Shown here: positions 52,075 through 64,000 of the stretch, piece after piece
Layout: the number at the start of each line of letters is the position of its first letter
Position numbering within the stretch: position 1 is the first letter of the stretch
The notes under the pieces: model-generated
Told to the model about the DNA's origin: nothing
What the model saw: the letters and a program-made list of their open reading frames with translations, nothing else
The model's database searches: none
Source of the DNA: Octopus sinensis
Taxonomy: Eukaryota
Reading direction: 5' to 3'
Assembly (NCBI RefSeq): GCF_006345805.1
Contig: NC_043001.1
Coordinates: 33,914,001-33,978,000 of the forward strand
Length of the DNA stretch: 64,000 nucleotides
Made by a program: the position numbers and the translations under genes

Positions 52075-52285
52075 ATTCAAAATGTGACCGCGTGTGTACC
52101 ATTGGCGATTTTTTTTCCTCTGTCTTCCCTTCTCTGGATCTTTCCTTCTCCTATGTTTCTGACGAAGAGCTCCGCTCGAAACGTTAAACCTTCCTTCTTT
52201 CTTCTTCCTGAGCTTCAATAATACTATATTTGTTCCACGTCCTCGCGTTGTTGTGTTTTTTGTGCTTTCGTGTTTGGATTAACTT
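52075..52285 (+). mobile_element. Penelope-like terminal repeat, family 2
   Basis: Pyrimidine-rich repeat containing a hammerhead and ending in (TA)n. Confidence 0.6.
52155..52189 (+). ncRNA. Minimal type-I hammerhead ribozyme motif
   Basis: GTTT-CTGACGA-A-GAGC-tcc-GCTC-GAAA-C-GTT-AAAC: 4-bp stem I, intact core, 4-bp stem II, loopless ACGU stem III. Confidence 0.7.
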
Positions 52286-53721
52286 TATATATATATATTA
52301 TATATATATATATTATATATATATTATATAATATATATATATATATATTATATAATATATATAATAACACAGAAAACAAGAATCTGAAAAATTGTTTTGC
52401 ATTATTTATTCATCATTGCACATGTTTCATTATTAACAGGAATTGTATATGTTGAATGTTGGATAAACATGTAAGAAATTTCCTGTTAGAAAATTTTCAG
52501 ACAGAGATCAAATAAGCTTTGATTTTTTCCCTACCACATAATACATTGCATATATATATATATCTCTCTCTATATAAAAGGCAGTTTGTCTGTGCGTGTT
52601 TCTGTGTGTCTGTTTTCTCGTACCCTCACTCTGACCACGGCTTTCAACCGATTCTGATGAAACTTGACACACACATAGCCCAATGTCATAATTCAAAACT
52701 AACGCAGCGAAAATTTTGAAAAGTTCCCCCAGTTCTGAAAAAAATTGATAAATTCGACATGGAATTGATAAATTCGACATCAGAAACACGAACCACAGAC
52801 TGTCTAGGGGACGCAACTCGAGAATCTAAGCTTTTTTTATGCAACGCATTATCTATGGTAGTTTTCACAACTTGCAATCGATTTTCACCAAACTCATGGT
52901 TAAGCTTAATATTACCCTAAGAAACTCAATTCTGACGTTAGTTTTCCATGCAATACCTTACCATCAGAAACAATCGATAAAATCATGCCATTTTGGGAAA
53001 TCGCGTTCAAATTCAAGATGACATATTTTCGACAATATCTTTCACAAATTGGCAGGAATTTTTTTTTTTATTCACAATGAGCATCATGTCTGCTCCAAGG
53101 AGCTATATAGCCCTTTTTATTCCAATAGGATACATTATTGGAAAAAATCGGTTAATTTAATCATATGTGGCACACATAGCAAACAAATTTGTGTATTAAA
53201 CACAAACCAGACTGTCTAGGGGACGCAACTTGACCTTTTAGCTATCGATAATTCGATCCAACCAATTCCTACCAGGAAGAAATTACATTCGAGACTTTAC
53301 CCCCAACACCGCCACTTCTGCTAATAGCTGCTGCAGCCGCAAGTTATTCGAATACTTTTTTTGTTTACACTTTCTTTATAACTACCACCCCAAACGTTTT
53401 ACCTTCAATTTTTGATGTACCCTAACGGTCCTCGGACGCTACTTGCAAACTCTTGGTTTATTATAAACCACTTTTGTCGTGTGCATCAAAAAAACTTTTC
53501 CTTTCGTTGTTCAGTTTGATCACTTTTGACTTTTTCGTTGTTGTCACTCACATTGCTGCCCGCTTTTGGCCGTTTTTGTGCATTTTTATACATTTTCGGA
53601 TACTTACCCCACGAGCTCCTTTTTATTACACCTTTACCAAACACATTGCTATCCACCAAAATACTTACCCCACGTGTTCCTTTTTATTACACCTTTGCCA
53701 ACACAATTGCTATCCACCAAA

Positions 53722-55151
53722 ATGCCACCCAAGAAGAGAAGGACCCTCCTCAGCCCTCGGACGGCCAAGGCATCGGCTGCTAGGGCTAGAAGGGCACGCG
53801 AGACCCACGAGGAAACCGCCTTGCGCCTCTCGCAAACAGCTTCCCGTTATGCCGCTGCTCAGGCATCTGAAACTACTAGCGACCGTTCTACCCGACTTGC
53901 AAGGGTCGCAGCGTACAGATCTTCCCTCCGCTCGAGGTTGACGAAAGAGCAACAGTCCAGCCAAAACATGCGGGCTTCTTACTGTGCTTCCATCCGCAGA
54001 GCTCGCGAGAACCCCGAACAAAGGGCCATTCGGAATGCGGCTAACGCCACTAGCACCGCCAGGACACGATCTGTCGAAACCTCACAGCAGAGGAGAACTC
54101 GCCAAGATGCTGACGCCGCAAACAAAGCCATGGCCCAAGCTGCCGAAACACCTCAACAGAGGAGAGCTCGCCAAGCTGCTAACGCCGCAAACACAGCCAT
54201 GGCTCGATCTGCCGAAACTCCACACCAACGAACTATTCGGACATCCAGACATGCCATTAACACTGCTTCTGCTAGGGCTTCAGAGGGTGCTGAGGCGAGA
54301 GCTGAAAGGCTTTCAAGGGATGCCACTGCTACCGCTGTCGCACGTGCATCTGAATCTGCTGAAGCACGGTGCACTCGACTTGAGAGTATCAACAAACGTC
54401 GGGATATCATTCGTGGTGTACGTACCCCTGCCCCCGCTTTCTGGTTGTCACTAGCATTCAACTACGACGCCACAATTAACTTCTCCTTGCGTGACGACAT
54501 CAAGATAGGGTCAATGACAATTGTATGCCAGTTTTGCAAAGCCAAGAAATGGCACGGAGAGCCACCTGCTTTGTGCTGCTCTGGTGGCAAAGTGGACCTG
54601 CCACCCCTACGGGAACCACCTCAACCACTGAAGGATCTCGCGGCGGGTTTAACCCCCGAATCGTCACAATTCCTTGAAATAATTCGAAAGTACAACTGCT
54701 CATTCCAAATGACCTCTTTCGGGGCCAAAATCCTCCCAGAGAAGGCTGGATGCCTACTTTCAAAGTGCAGGGACAGGTCTACCATCTTATTGGGTCACTT
54801 CTGCCAGACGAGATTCAGCAGTCTTCTTTACTCCAAATATACTTCATTGCCGACTACAACCACCAGGTTGATGCACGCCTTGGAATAATACCGGGTACAA
54901 GCTATGTTCCCCGCAAAGACATTCTTCTCCGTCTCCAAACCATGCTTCATGATATCAACAGCTACGTCTGCAGCTTCAGATATGCCTTGGACAGTGCTCC
55001 ATCTCCAAACTTCACCGTTGTCATTGATGCTGATAAACGACCCCACGGGGAGTACGAACGCCGTTTCAACGCACCTGCGTGCAACGAAATTGCCGCAGTC
55101 ATACACGGAGAGCAACACAACAGCCGTGACATAATCATCTCCTCCCGGTAA
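53722..55151 (+). pseudogene. Helitron RepHel N-terminus: NLS-like PPKKRR, nine 23-aa STPR-type repeats, CxxC..CC zinc finger, Helitron_like_N start
   Basis: CQFCKAKKWHGEPPALCCSGGKV; IRKYNCSFQMTSFGA; frameshift ~54740 into MPTFKVQGQVYHLIGSLLP..LQIYFI..RRFNAPACNEIAAVI. Confidence 0.9.
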
Positions 55152-55500
55152 CAACCTACACGGGATCAGCGCACCACATTTAATAACGGCCACAATACTT
55201 ACCGGTTGTGGGAAGGGAGAGGACGTCTTCATTCCACGGATGCACCTTCAACCGTCGGGCGCTGACCTACCAATCCACTTCAGGCGTTCTCAGTTTCCTG
55301 TTAAACTCTGCTTCGCAATGTCCATCAATAAATCCCAAGGCCAAACGCTACAAGTCGCTGGGTTACATTTGGGCGAACAGTGCTTTGCCCACGGTCAACT
55401 CTACGTGGGCTGTTCACGCGTTGGGAGGCGCAATGATGTTTTCATGTTTTCGCCCAAACGGACAGCTAGGAACATCGTATATACAGAAGTATTCCAGTGA
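55148..55500 (+). pseudogene. Helitron PIF1-like helicase C-terminus
   Basis: ATILTG..GEDVFIPRM..FRRSQFPVKLCFAMSINKSQGQTL..CFAHGQLYVGCSRVG..NIVYTEVF*. Confidence 0.92.
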
Positions 55501-56061
55501 AGACAAGACATTGCAACGTCCACATGCACCTTCGTTCCCTGGAGGGAAAGGACTACATTGGGATTAGTCGTTGCCTACTAGGGGCTCTTACATACCGGGC
55601 AACGCCGGGCTATGCTGCTAGTATATTATATATATATATTATATTAAATTAGAGACAAAACCACTATTAGGCAAATCAAACAATGAAAGACTTAAGCCAA
55701 TACATAAATTAATTTATATTATTTAAATATGTTCACGGTTTAAAACTTGCCAAGAAAAATTTGAAACCACCTGATGAATGACTGCGACTCAAAAATTTGA
55801 TGACTGTAGCCAGGAAACGATCGTAGTGGATATTAATTATATTTTTTAATAATTGTTACATATTTAAATAATATAAATTAATTTATGTATTGGCTTAAGT
55901 CTTTCATTGTTTGATTTGCCTAATAGTGGTTTTGTCTCTAATTTAATATAATATAATATTTTACTATAAAATTGGATTCAATCCTAAATCTGATTTTTCC
56001 CTGTAAGTTTGGATTTATTCCCTAATATTTATTATTATATATATATATATATATATATATA

Positions 56062-56995
56062 CAGTGATCCCTCATTTATCGTGGTAGATTGGTTCCGAGA
56101 CCAGCCTCGATAACTGAATTTCCGCAAAGTAGGGGCACCATGTTTACAGTATTTATTTAACATGTATTTGGACTTTTAAAACCCTCCCTGTACTGTTAAC
56201 CCATTACAGTAGTCTATTAATAACAAGGACAACTGTTAAGCAATAACACTTTAGATTTAAAAAAATAAAGATTGTTACTGTACTTAACATGAAAGAAGTT
56301 GAACGTAAAAAGCACCATCCGATCATGGCCATTGCCAGCCTTGCCTGGCTTCCGTGCCGGTGGCACGTAAAAAGCACCAACCGATCATGGCCGTTTGCTA
56401 GCCTAGTCTGGCACCTGTGCCAGTGGCATGTAAAAAGTACCCACTACACTCATGGAGTGGTTGGCGTTAGGAAGGGCATCCAGCCGTAGAAACATTGCCA
56501 GATCAGACTGGGCCTGGTGCAGCCTTCTGGCTTCCCAGACCCCAGATGCACTGTCCAACCCATGCCAGCATGGAAAGTGGACACTAAACGATGATGATGA
56601 TGATGATGGGGATGAATTTGGAAGAAGCAGCACGCTTGGGAGCCATTGCAGGGGATGAAAACACAAAGTTCAACAGAATGAAACAAAAAAAATAAAATCA
56701 CTCACAGCACAGTGTAAAGTAGTACAGTAAACCACTCAGTGAGAAAGCTTGAAGCGAAATGGCTGTGAGAGAGAGAGACAAGTGAAGATGCTGCAGATCT
56801 GAGCATCGGTCAAAGCACCTATCACAGGCTACATTACAAAATAGAAAGCTGTGATTCGTCGTCTCTCTCCATTGCACCAATCACAGCCCGTCTTAAGTTC
56901 AAATACCCCTGTATATGCTTTTTTGCTATTTTACGCTTGTTTTATTGTTTCTAGACTAGGAAATGATATTTATTATTAATATTTTAATGGATTTA
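56062..56995. mobile_element. pogo/Tigger-like non-autonomous element, interrupted by an RTE tail (56300-56610); right TIR not seen
   Basis: TA|CAGTGATCCCTC..TTATC terminus typical of Tigger-type TIRs. Confidence 0.55.
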
Positions 56996-58095
56996 ATGAA
57001 GCCAGTATGCTCTGCTGGATGTGTAATGTCAGTGTGCATACACAACAGAGTGTAAGCACCCTGAGAGAAAACTTGGATTTAAGAAGCATCAGATGTGGTG
57101 TACAAGAGAGACAACTACGCTGGTAGGGTCATGTGTTGTGAATGAATGAGGACAGCTGTGTGAAAAAGTGTCACACACTAGCAGTTGAGGGAACTTGTGG
57201 AAGAGGTAGACCCAGGAAAACCTGGGGTGAGGTGGTTAAGCACGACCTTCAAACATTGGGCCTTACCGAGGCAATGACTAGTGACCAGGACCTTTGGAGA
57301 TATGCTGTGCTTGAGAAGACCCAACAAGTCAAGTGAGACCATAGCCCATGGCCTATGCCAGTGGGTGTAACCAGCCCACTTTTGAATACCCCTCATTCAT
57401 TGGACAATAAACTTTGGTTGTGAAGACCTGTAGAGGCAAGTGAAATCGAAATCAGAATTGCTGACGTGGCCGATGACAGTACTGCCTGATTGGCACTCAT
57501 GTCAGTGGAATGTTAAAAGCACATGTGAACATGGAGTGTAACCAGGCCACTTATGAGTACCTCTCATTCATTGGACAATGAACTTTGCTTGTGAAGACCT
57601 ATTGAGGCTAGTGTAAACAAACCAAAATCGCTGACATGGCTGATGACAGTACCACCTGATTGGCACTTGTGCCAGTGGAATGTTAAAAGCGCATCCGAGC
57701 GTGACCGTTGCCAGGACTATGGATTGGCTCCTGTGCTGGTGACTCATGAAAAGCACTATTTGAGCATGATCATAGCCAGTGTAGCCTTACTGGCACATGT
57801 GCCGGTGGCATGTGAAAAACAATATTCGAGTGTGGTCATTGCCAGTGCCACCAGACTGACTCCAGTGCAGGTAGCACATAAAAACACCTCTTGAGCATGA
57901 GCATTGTTGTTGCCAGAACCACCTGACTGGCCCTCATGCACGTAAAAAGCACCCACTACACTCTTGGAGTGGTTGGCATTAGGAAGGGCATCCAGCTGTA
58001 GAAACTTTGCCAGACCAGACTGTGCCAGGTGTAGCCTCTAGCTCACCAGTCCTCAGTCAAACCATCCAACCCATGCCAGCATGGAAAGTAGACGT
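56995..58095 (+). mobile_element. RTE LINE 3' end with modular 3' UTR
   Basis: NEASMLCWMC..LRW.GHV..MNEDSCVKKCHTLAVEGTCGRGRPRKTWGEVVKHDL..; same family as 10200-11630. Confidence 0.9.
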
Positions 58096-58819
58096 TAAAC
58101 AATAATGATGATAAAGTAGAACAACTGACAAAATTGTGCAAAAATGAAAGATGAAACAATCTTTGATAGGATTAAGTTGATAAGGGTTTGGGGAAAATTA
58201 TATAGCAGGATATGGCACTTGTTAGGAAATAATGGAGCAAAAGTGTCCTTAAGATTGAAATCTACTTAGTTATCAGAGTGGAATGGTTAACAGAGCATTA
58301 TACACATGATAAAAATAGCTTCTTTCTCATACTGTCATTATTATATATACACATATACACAAAATATAACAAAGCATTCACACTGTATATATGTAACATT
58401 TGGATGAAATTGTTCACAAAAAATCAGATATTTATATTTTCATATGTTTATCCTAGCTGATGTATCCGATAATTCCTGGGAAAGCACAGCTTATCCCTTG
58501 CCCCATTCTCAATGCAAAGTATGTAGCTCTTAAAATGATTTTTGTGTATTTACAGAGAATACCGAACTGTCTTACACAGGATCTTGTTTTTAGGAATTCC
58601 CAATAAATTATGAATACCCAAATTGTGAAGTCAGTTATGTAATAACATGAAATTAGTTACCCGATAGTAAGAATTCAAATAAAGCAGCCCTGAAAAGGGC
58701 TTTAATGTGTTCTCAGAGTATATAGAACATAGGAGGAAATACTAATAAGTTACGTATACTAAAATCGTAAAGAATGTTACATAATAACAGACTAATCAGA
58801 TATGAAATAATAACAGTTC

Positions 58820-59229
58820 AAAGTAAATAACTCTGTGCATTCCCAGAGAATATTACCCTCAGGGGCGCTAGTGTTCATATATTTGTAACCGAAATAAGTG
58901 GATCTATTGTTTAGGAGAATACTGTTTACTTGTTTAAGGGTTGTACTGGATAAATTGTAAAAATAAATCTAATAGTTCAAAAACTAAGAAATAAGCATAC
59001 TCAATTTCATTTTTATCAAATAATTTAGGAAAATGAATGGGTTATTACCCTTGGCTATATATAAGGATCCCTTCCAGGTGCCCTATTACCGATTATTTTT
59101 TTCAACAATCTGAGTATGCCATAAGGTTTCCATGTCTCAAGTTTCATCAAAATCAATAAAACAATGTAGGAGTTATCTAACAACTCCACAAACACACCCA
59201 CAGACAGAATTTCCCACATATGTAGTACA

Positions 59230-59260
<31 letters not shown>

Positions 59261-59388
59261 GTGTTATATATATATGTATGTATATATTTATGTTTGGTGT
59301 ATATATATATATATTTATATTTATATATATATATATATATATGTATATGTGTATATATATATATGTATGTATATATATTATATATATG

Positions 59389-59486
<98 letters not shown>

Positions 59487-59720
59487 AAGTCATAACTGCC
59501 CTAATAATACTTATCATCAAATAAGTCTCAATGACTTGTGTTTGACAGGTATATACCATCTGTTGCATTTTAAAAATCTATATTCATGAGTCTTTATGTT
59601 TGTCTGTTTGTCATGAAAAAATGCTTCCATTCCTCAATGAAAATTTGCCAAATTTTGCAGGATGGTCCAAATAAAGCCCAGAATAATGTATGGAAAAGTA
59701 AAGCCAGGATCAAAGGTCTC
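58820..59720. mobile_element. Non-autonomous Helitron-like end fragments flanking a ~255-bp (TA)n
   Basis: aagtttcatcaaaatc...acagacaga resembles the Helitron subterminal sequence at 52600-52670 (reverse); gtttgtctgtttgtc..ccaaattttgcagg on the right. Confidence 0.4.
59228..59483. repeat. Long imperfect (TA)n microsatellite
   Basis: Direct reading; explains ORFs at 59132-59589. Confidence 0.95.
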
Positions 59721-60589
59721 CCAGAGGTCAAACCAATATGAGTGGAGAAAGAAGTAGAAAGACAAGAAGTTGTAATGGAGGAGTAGTTAAGGTAGGAGTG
59801 TTGGTGTAAAGTAGAGAAAGATTGTCAGTTTGTCATATTAAGCTTTTTGTATCTCATATCAAGTTTTTCTTTCTCTTCCTGCCTTTCTTTAATTTCTCCT
59901 TCTCTCACCCCCTCTCTCCCTCTCTTATATTCGCAAATTTTTTCATTCCTCTATATCCCTCAGTTGACAATACATGGATGTATATGTGAGTGTATGTGTG
60001 TGGGTGTGTGTATGTGTCTGTGTATGTATGTATATATATATTATATATATATATATATAATCATCATCGTTTAGCGTCTGCTTTTCGTGCTGGCATGGGT
60101 TAGATGGTTTGACTGAAACTGTAAGCTGTAGAGCTACACCAGGTTCTAATCTGATTTGGCATGGTTTCTATGACTGGATGCCCTTTCTAATGCCACCCAA
60201 GAGTGTAATGGATGATTTCTAAGTGCCACTGGCATGGGTGCCAGTAATGTGACACCATCATCGGCCACAACTCCATATATATATCTAAATGATAAACTTC
60301 CGGAAAGTTTTACAGATTTTTACAGTTCCAGTGATAGATTGGATCTGTAGTCTTCAAATTAGCTTTCTTCTTTCAGGTTTTGAGAAACCTAATTTCTCAA
60401 GATTGGTATTTAGGCAGTGTGTTAAATATATCCCAGGGCCCCAATAATTACAAGTATAAACCTGAACTTGTAATCTGGATAGAGTAACTGCAGATTTCTC
60501 AATGTATGTATGTATGTATGTATGTTCGTATGCATGTAGGTTCTTGAGAAGACCTACCCATGTCAGCGAAACTGACTTCTAGAAGCACT

Positions 60590-60941
60590 GTGTGTCCCAC
60601 CCACACTTCAGAAAATTTCTCACACACTCTACCACTACAAACCAAACTACATCTCTTCTCTTCCTCACATTTCCACTTCATGTGTTAGGCTTACCTCTCA
60701 CTACCCAATCCTGTCTTCTTGGCCCTGTGTCATTGTATCATTGCTATCTGCTAGCTTCCGACCTGCGTGTTCCACCCATGTCCTGTCTCACTGTATCATT
60801 TCATGTGCCTGGCACTTTGCCACTATTTCTATCCTGCTGTCTCCCCCCTCTCTCTCTCTCTCCTTCTCGTGCACTTCCTTCAGGTTGGGCAACCATGTAT
60901 TTTCTTTGAGGGAGTGCACCTGTTTCTGTCTTCATTCGTAA

Positions 60942-60985
<44 letters not shown>

Positions 60986-61440
60986 TCTCTCTGGCCGGGT
61001 AACCTTGTACCTCCTCTACAGTAAAACATCTCTTTCTGTCTCTCAGCCTCACTATAACCTTTCATCATCCGACACAAGATCACCTCCTCCAATACCCCAT
61101 CCCCTCCCAAAAAGTTACTTTTTAGTCTCGCAAGTACTTGGTGACCCTGTCAATGCAGGTGCCACTTAAAAGCACCCAGCCCACACTGTAAAGCAGTTGG
61201 CATTTGGAAGAGCATCCACCTGTAAAAATCTTGCCAAAACTGACCTTGCCTGTGCTTGTGCCACGTAAAAAGCACTAAGTCCTCTCTGCTGAGGGGTTGG
61301 TGTTAGGAAGGGCATCCAGCTATAAAAAATCCTGCCAAAATGATTACAGAAGTCTGATGCAGGCTTCTGCCTAACTGGCTCTTGTTAAACTGTCCCACCC
61401 ATGCCAGCATGGAAGGCAGATGCTAAACAGTGATGATGAT
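60590..61440 (+). mobile_element. Pyrimidine-rich retroelement 3' segment ending in the RTE-type tail
   Basis: Two aggaagggcatccagc-like modules, then ccatgccagcatggaaggcagatgctaaacagtgatgatg. Confidence 0.65.
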
Positions 61441-61454
61441 AATGGTGTATGTAT

Positions 61455-61600
61455 ATATGTATGTATATTGCAATTGTATATATGTATGTATATTTGTATG
61501 TATGTACGTATGTACATATGTATGTATATTGCAATTGTATATATGTACGTATATTTGTATGTATGTAAGTAAGTATAGATGTATGCATATTGCAATTGTG
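61455..61600. repeat. ~60-bp higher-order repeat built on (ATGT)n, containing tattgcaattg
   Basis: Three atattgcaattgt motifs at ~61465, 61526 and 61588. Confidence 0.7.
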
Positions 61601-62074
61601 TATCTTTTGCGTATTTATATTGGCACAGGATATAAACATTAATAAGAACAATAAAAAAAACTGTGCTTTGCAAACAGTCTCCTGTATTGAGTCAGACACT
61701 CCTATCTCACATGCTCATGGGCAGAAATGTGGTGAACCAGTGTTTGACCCATTAGAAACTTGTAATCAACAACTCTATTGTTCACTAACAGTGATATGAA
61801 TCAAACAAACAACATAGGCTCAATTTTCACATTTTCATGTTGTGGGCAACTAATTTATTCAAATCTCGTACTTCAATCATTTGTATAGACCTCAGAGGTT
61901 GAAAGGCAATGTTGTTCATGTTAAAATTTGAACTCGGAATGAAAAGAGGTGTAATTAAATGTTGCAAAGTATATGTATATTCTGCTTTTAAATTTTGTCT
62001 CTAGGCCAGCAATTTCGTGGAAGGAGTAAGTCAACAACATCGACCCCAGTGTTCAGCTGGTATTTATTTTATTG

Positions 62075-62500
62075 ATAAGGCGGCAAGTTGGCAGAAACGT
62101 TAGCATGCCGGGCGAAATGCGTAGCGGTATTTCGTCTGTCATTACATTCTGAGTTCAAATTCCATTGAGGTCGACTTTGCCTTTCATCCTTTCGGGGTCA
62201 ATACATTGAGTACCAGGTACACACTGGTGTCGATGTAATTGACTTAATCTGCTTGTCTGCCCTTGTTTGTCCTCTCTGTGTTTAGCCCCTTGTGGGTAGT
62301 AAAGAAATAGGTATTTTGTCTGTTGTTACATTCTGAGTTCAAATTCCGCCAAGGTTGACTTTGCCTTTCATCCTTTTGGGGTCGATAAATTAAGTACCAG
62401 GTATGCACTGGGGTCGATGTAATTGACTTAATCTGTTTGTCTGTCCTTGTTTGTCCCTTCTGTGTTTTTAGCCCCTTGTGGGTAGTAAAGAAATAGGTAC
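62075..62500 (+). mobile_element. SINE with a tandemly duplicated ~180-bp 3' part
   Basis: 62140-62318 repeats at 62320-62500. Confidence 0.85.
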
Positions 62501-63272
62501 TTATTTTATTGACCTCAAAAGAGTGAGGGAATTCGAACTCCTAACTTAAAGATGGTGGAATTTGAACTCAGAACTTAAAGTCAGATGAAATGCCACTAAG
62601 CGTTTTCCCCAGCATGCTAACGATTCTGCCAGCTCATCACCTTAAAATCTAAACTGATATTGTCACTATGTTTCCTTTGTTAAATATTTTCCTTTATATG
62701 TCAGGAAAATGTAAAAAAAAAAAAAATTTTTTTTAAATTAAATTAAAAGTAACATAAAGTATAAAGTTGTGAAGTTTGTGGAGAAATTTAGAAAAAGTAA
62801 TTGATTGCAATCCCAACATTATTATTGCTATCATTGTTCTTCTTTGTCAGCTTAAAATCCTTTTGTTATGTTGCTGAAATGGATTCTATTTATTCAACAC
62901 ATTGTACAGTAGAGTCAATTACTTGACTGTTTGACATAAGAAGTATCCATCAAAGGGTGATAATTCCTTTAAAGGAGAAGAATGAGCACAGCTGTTTGGA
63001 TGCTAGCAATTTGGCATGGCTGAGTGAACACTGCACCTGTTTCAGCGTCAGTATTTTTTGGTGCTGAAGTGTGCATGTGCACACACATGTGCATGCACAC
63101 ACATACATATGCGCGTGCACACACACACACAGTGGCATGCGCACGGGAGTGTATGCATACAAAGAGAGAGACAGAGAGAGAGAGAGAGATAAAGAGAGAG
63201 ATTCATGATGATAATAATGATACTACTACTACTACTACTACTACTAATAATAATAATAATAATAATAATAAT

Positions 63273-63902
63273 ATAGCCCTGATGCAGTACATAGCCCTGA
63301 TGCAGTAATAGCCCTGATGCAGTTTATAGCCCTGATGCAGTAATAGCCCTGATGCAGTACCAGGCAGAGGCTCTCATGGCTTCTGATCTTAACTGATTGG
63401 AAGTGGTATCATGTACATTGTTCTGTCTTGGTATAAAAGATGGGCTACAGCAAATATTCTGCTCAATACCACAGATTTGCTTGTCAGTTGTTTGACCTTA
63501 ACCAGTTGAGCATGTCCCTTAGTGGCTGACAATACGTGCATCTCTGATCACGAGCAGAAGTAGTGGGGGAGCATCATGGCCATGTGTTGAGAGGGATTCT
63601 TTGGAGGTTTGAATAATTCACCTCTGGAAACATAGGTGTTTCGTTCAACATCCTAAAGCAACCCTTATTCATTCAGGACCTTTGAGCGGGATGGGCTACT
63701 CAACCTGAAGAAAATTCTAACTGGGCCCCACCTGCAAGGTCATGTGCTGTTTATCTTGATATGAGATCACCATGTCGCGCACATATGGTTGTGATGCATG
63801 TGCCTGGTGTACCTTTATCAGACGGGTAGTCATGATGGGTATATTGGGCTTCGTATATTTTACCCCAGTGTCACTTTGATGGCATGAACTGCTCTCTCAC
63901 TC
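63273..63902 (+). mobile_element. Non-coding retroelement inserted in (TAA)n, with a five-fold repeated 5' end
   Basis: (TAA)n on both sides; five atagccctgatgcagt units; older homologue at 840-1060. Confidence 0.7.
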
Positions 63903-63913
63903 AATAATAATAA

Positions 63914-63944
<31 letters not shown>

Positions 63945-64000
63945 AATATAACAATAATAATAATAATAATATAACAATAATAATAATAATAATAATAATA

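Larger units (their letters stand above)
52563..55621 (+). mobile_element. Helitron, internally deleted
   Basis: 5' TC after A, 3' hairpin ccgggcaacgccggg (55595-55609) then CTAG|T, inserted in (TA)n without TSD; RepHel N- and C-terminal coding remnants. Confidence 0.93.

Noticed and set aside
53566-53721. Upstream start of the 440-aa ORF
   Set aside because: The first 52 codons translate a 61-bp tandem repeat; MPPKKRR at 53722 is the likelier start
53300-55620. Horizontally acquired or bacterial GC-rich island
   Set aside because: Fully explained by Helitron termini and RepHel motifs
63273-63360. CRISPR-like array (also 51512-51900)
   Set aside because: No unique spacers, no cas genes, and a eukaryotic TE context

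Overview
AT-rich, microsatellite- and transposon-dense eukaryotic DNA; the SINE/RTE repeat repertoire looks like a cephalopod (Octopus) genome, which is my inference from pattern recognition and not a database result. One host-gene element is well supported: a minus-strand first coding exon (38840-38557, 94 codons, GTAAGT donor) in a CpG-retaining promoter region. I cannot name the gene or securely place its later exons. The rest is nested mobile elements: an internally deleted Helitron (52563-55621) with nine 23-aa STPR-type repeats; a mariner and a maT-like Tc1/mariner element with TIRs and TA TSDs; MITEs; solo LTRs; RTE, Dong/R4 and HERO-like LINE fragments; many tRNA-derived SINEs; and Penelope-type terminal repeats carrying minimal hammerhead ribozyme motifs. 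Most ORFs in the supplied track are microsatellite or TE artefacts. I found no demonstrably new system. The best leads are the Helitron STPR/zinc-finger ORF, the hammerheads (one with a complete core at 52155), a duplicated 5' leader with a hammerhead-like fold next to the host ATG, and a five-fold repeated 5' end on a (TAA)n-inserted retroelement. Identities are by-eye estimates and element boundaries are approximate unless TIR/TSD coordinates are given.
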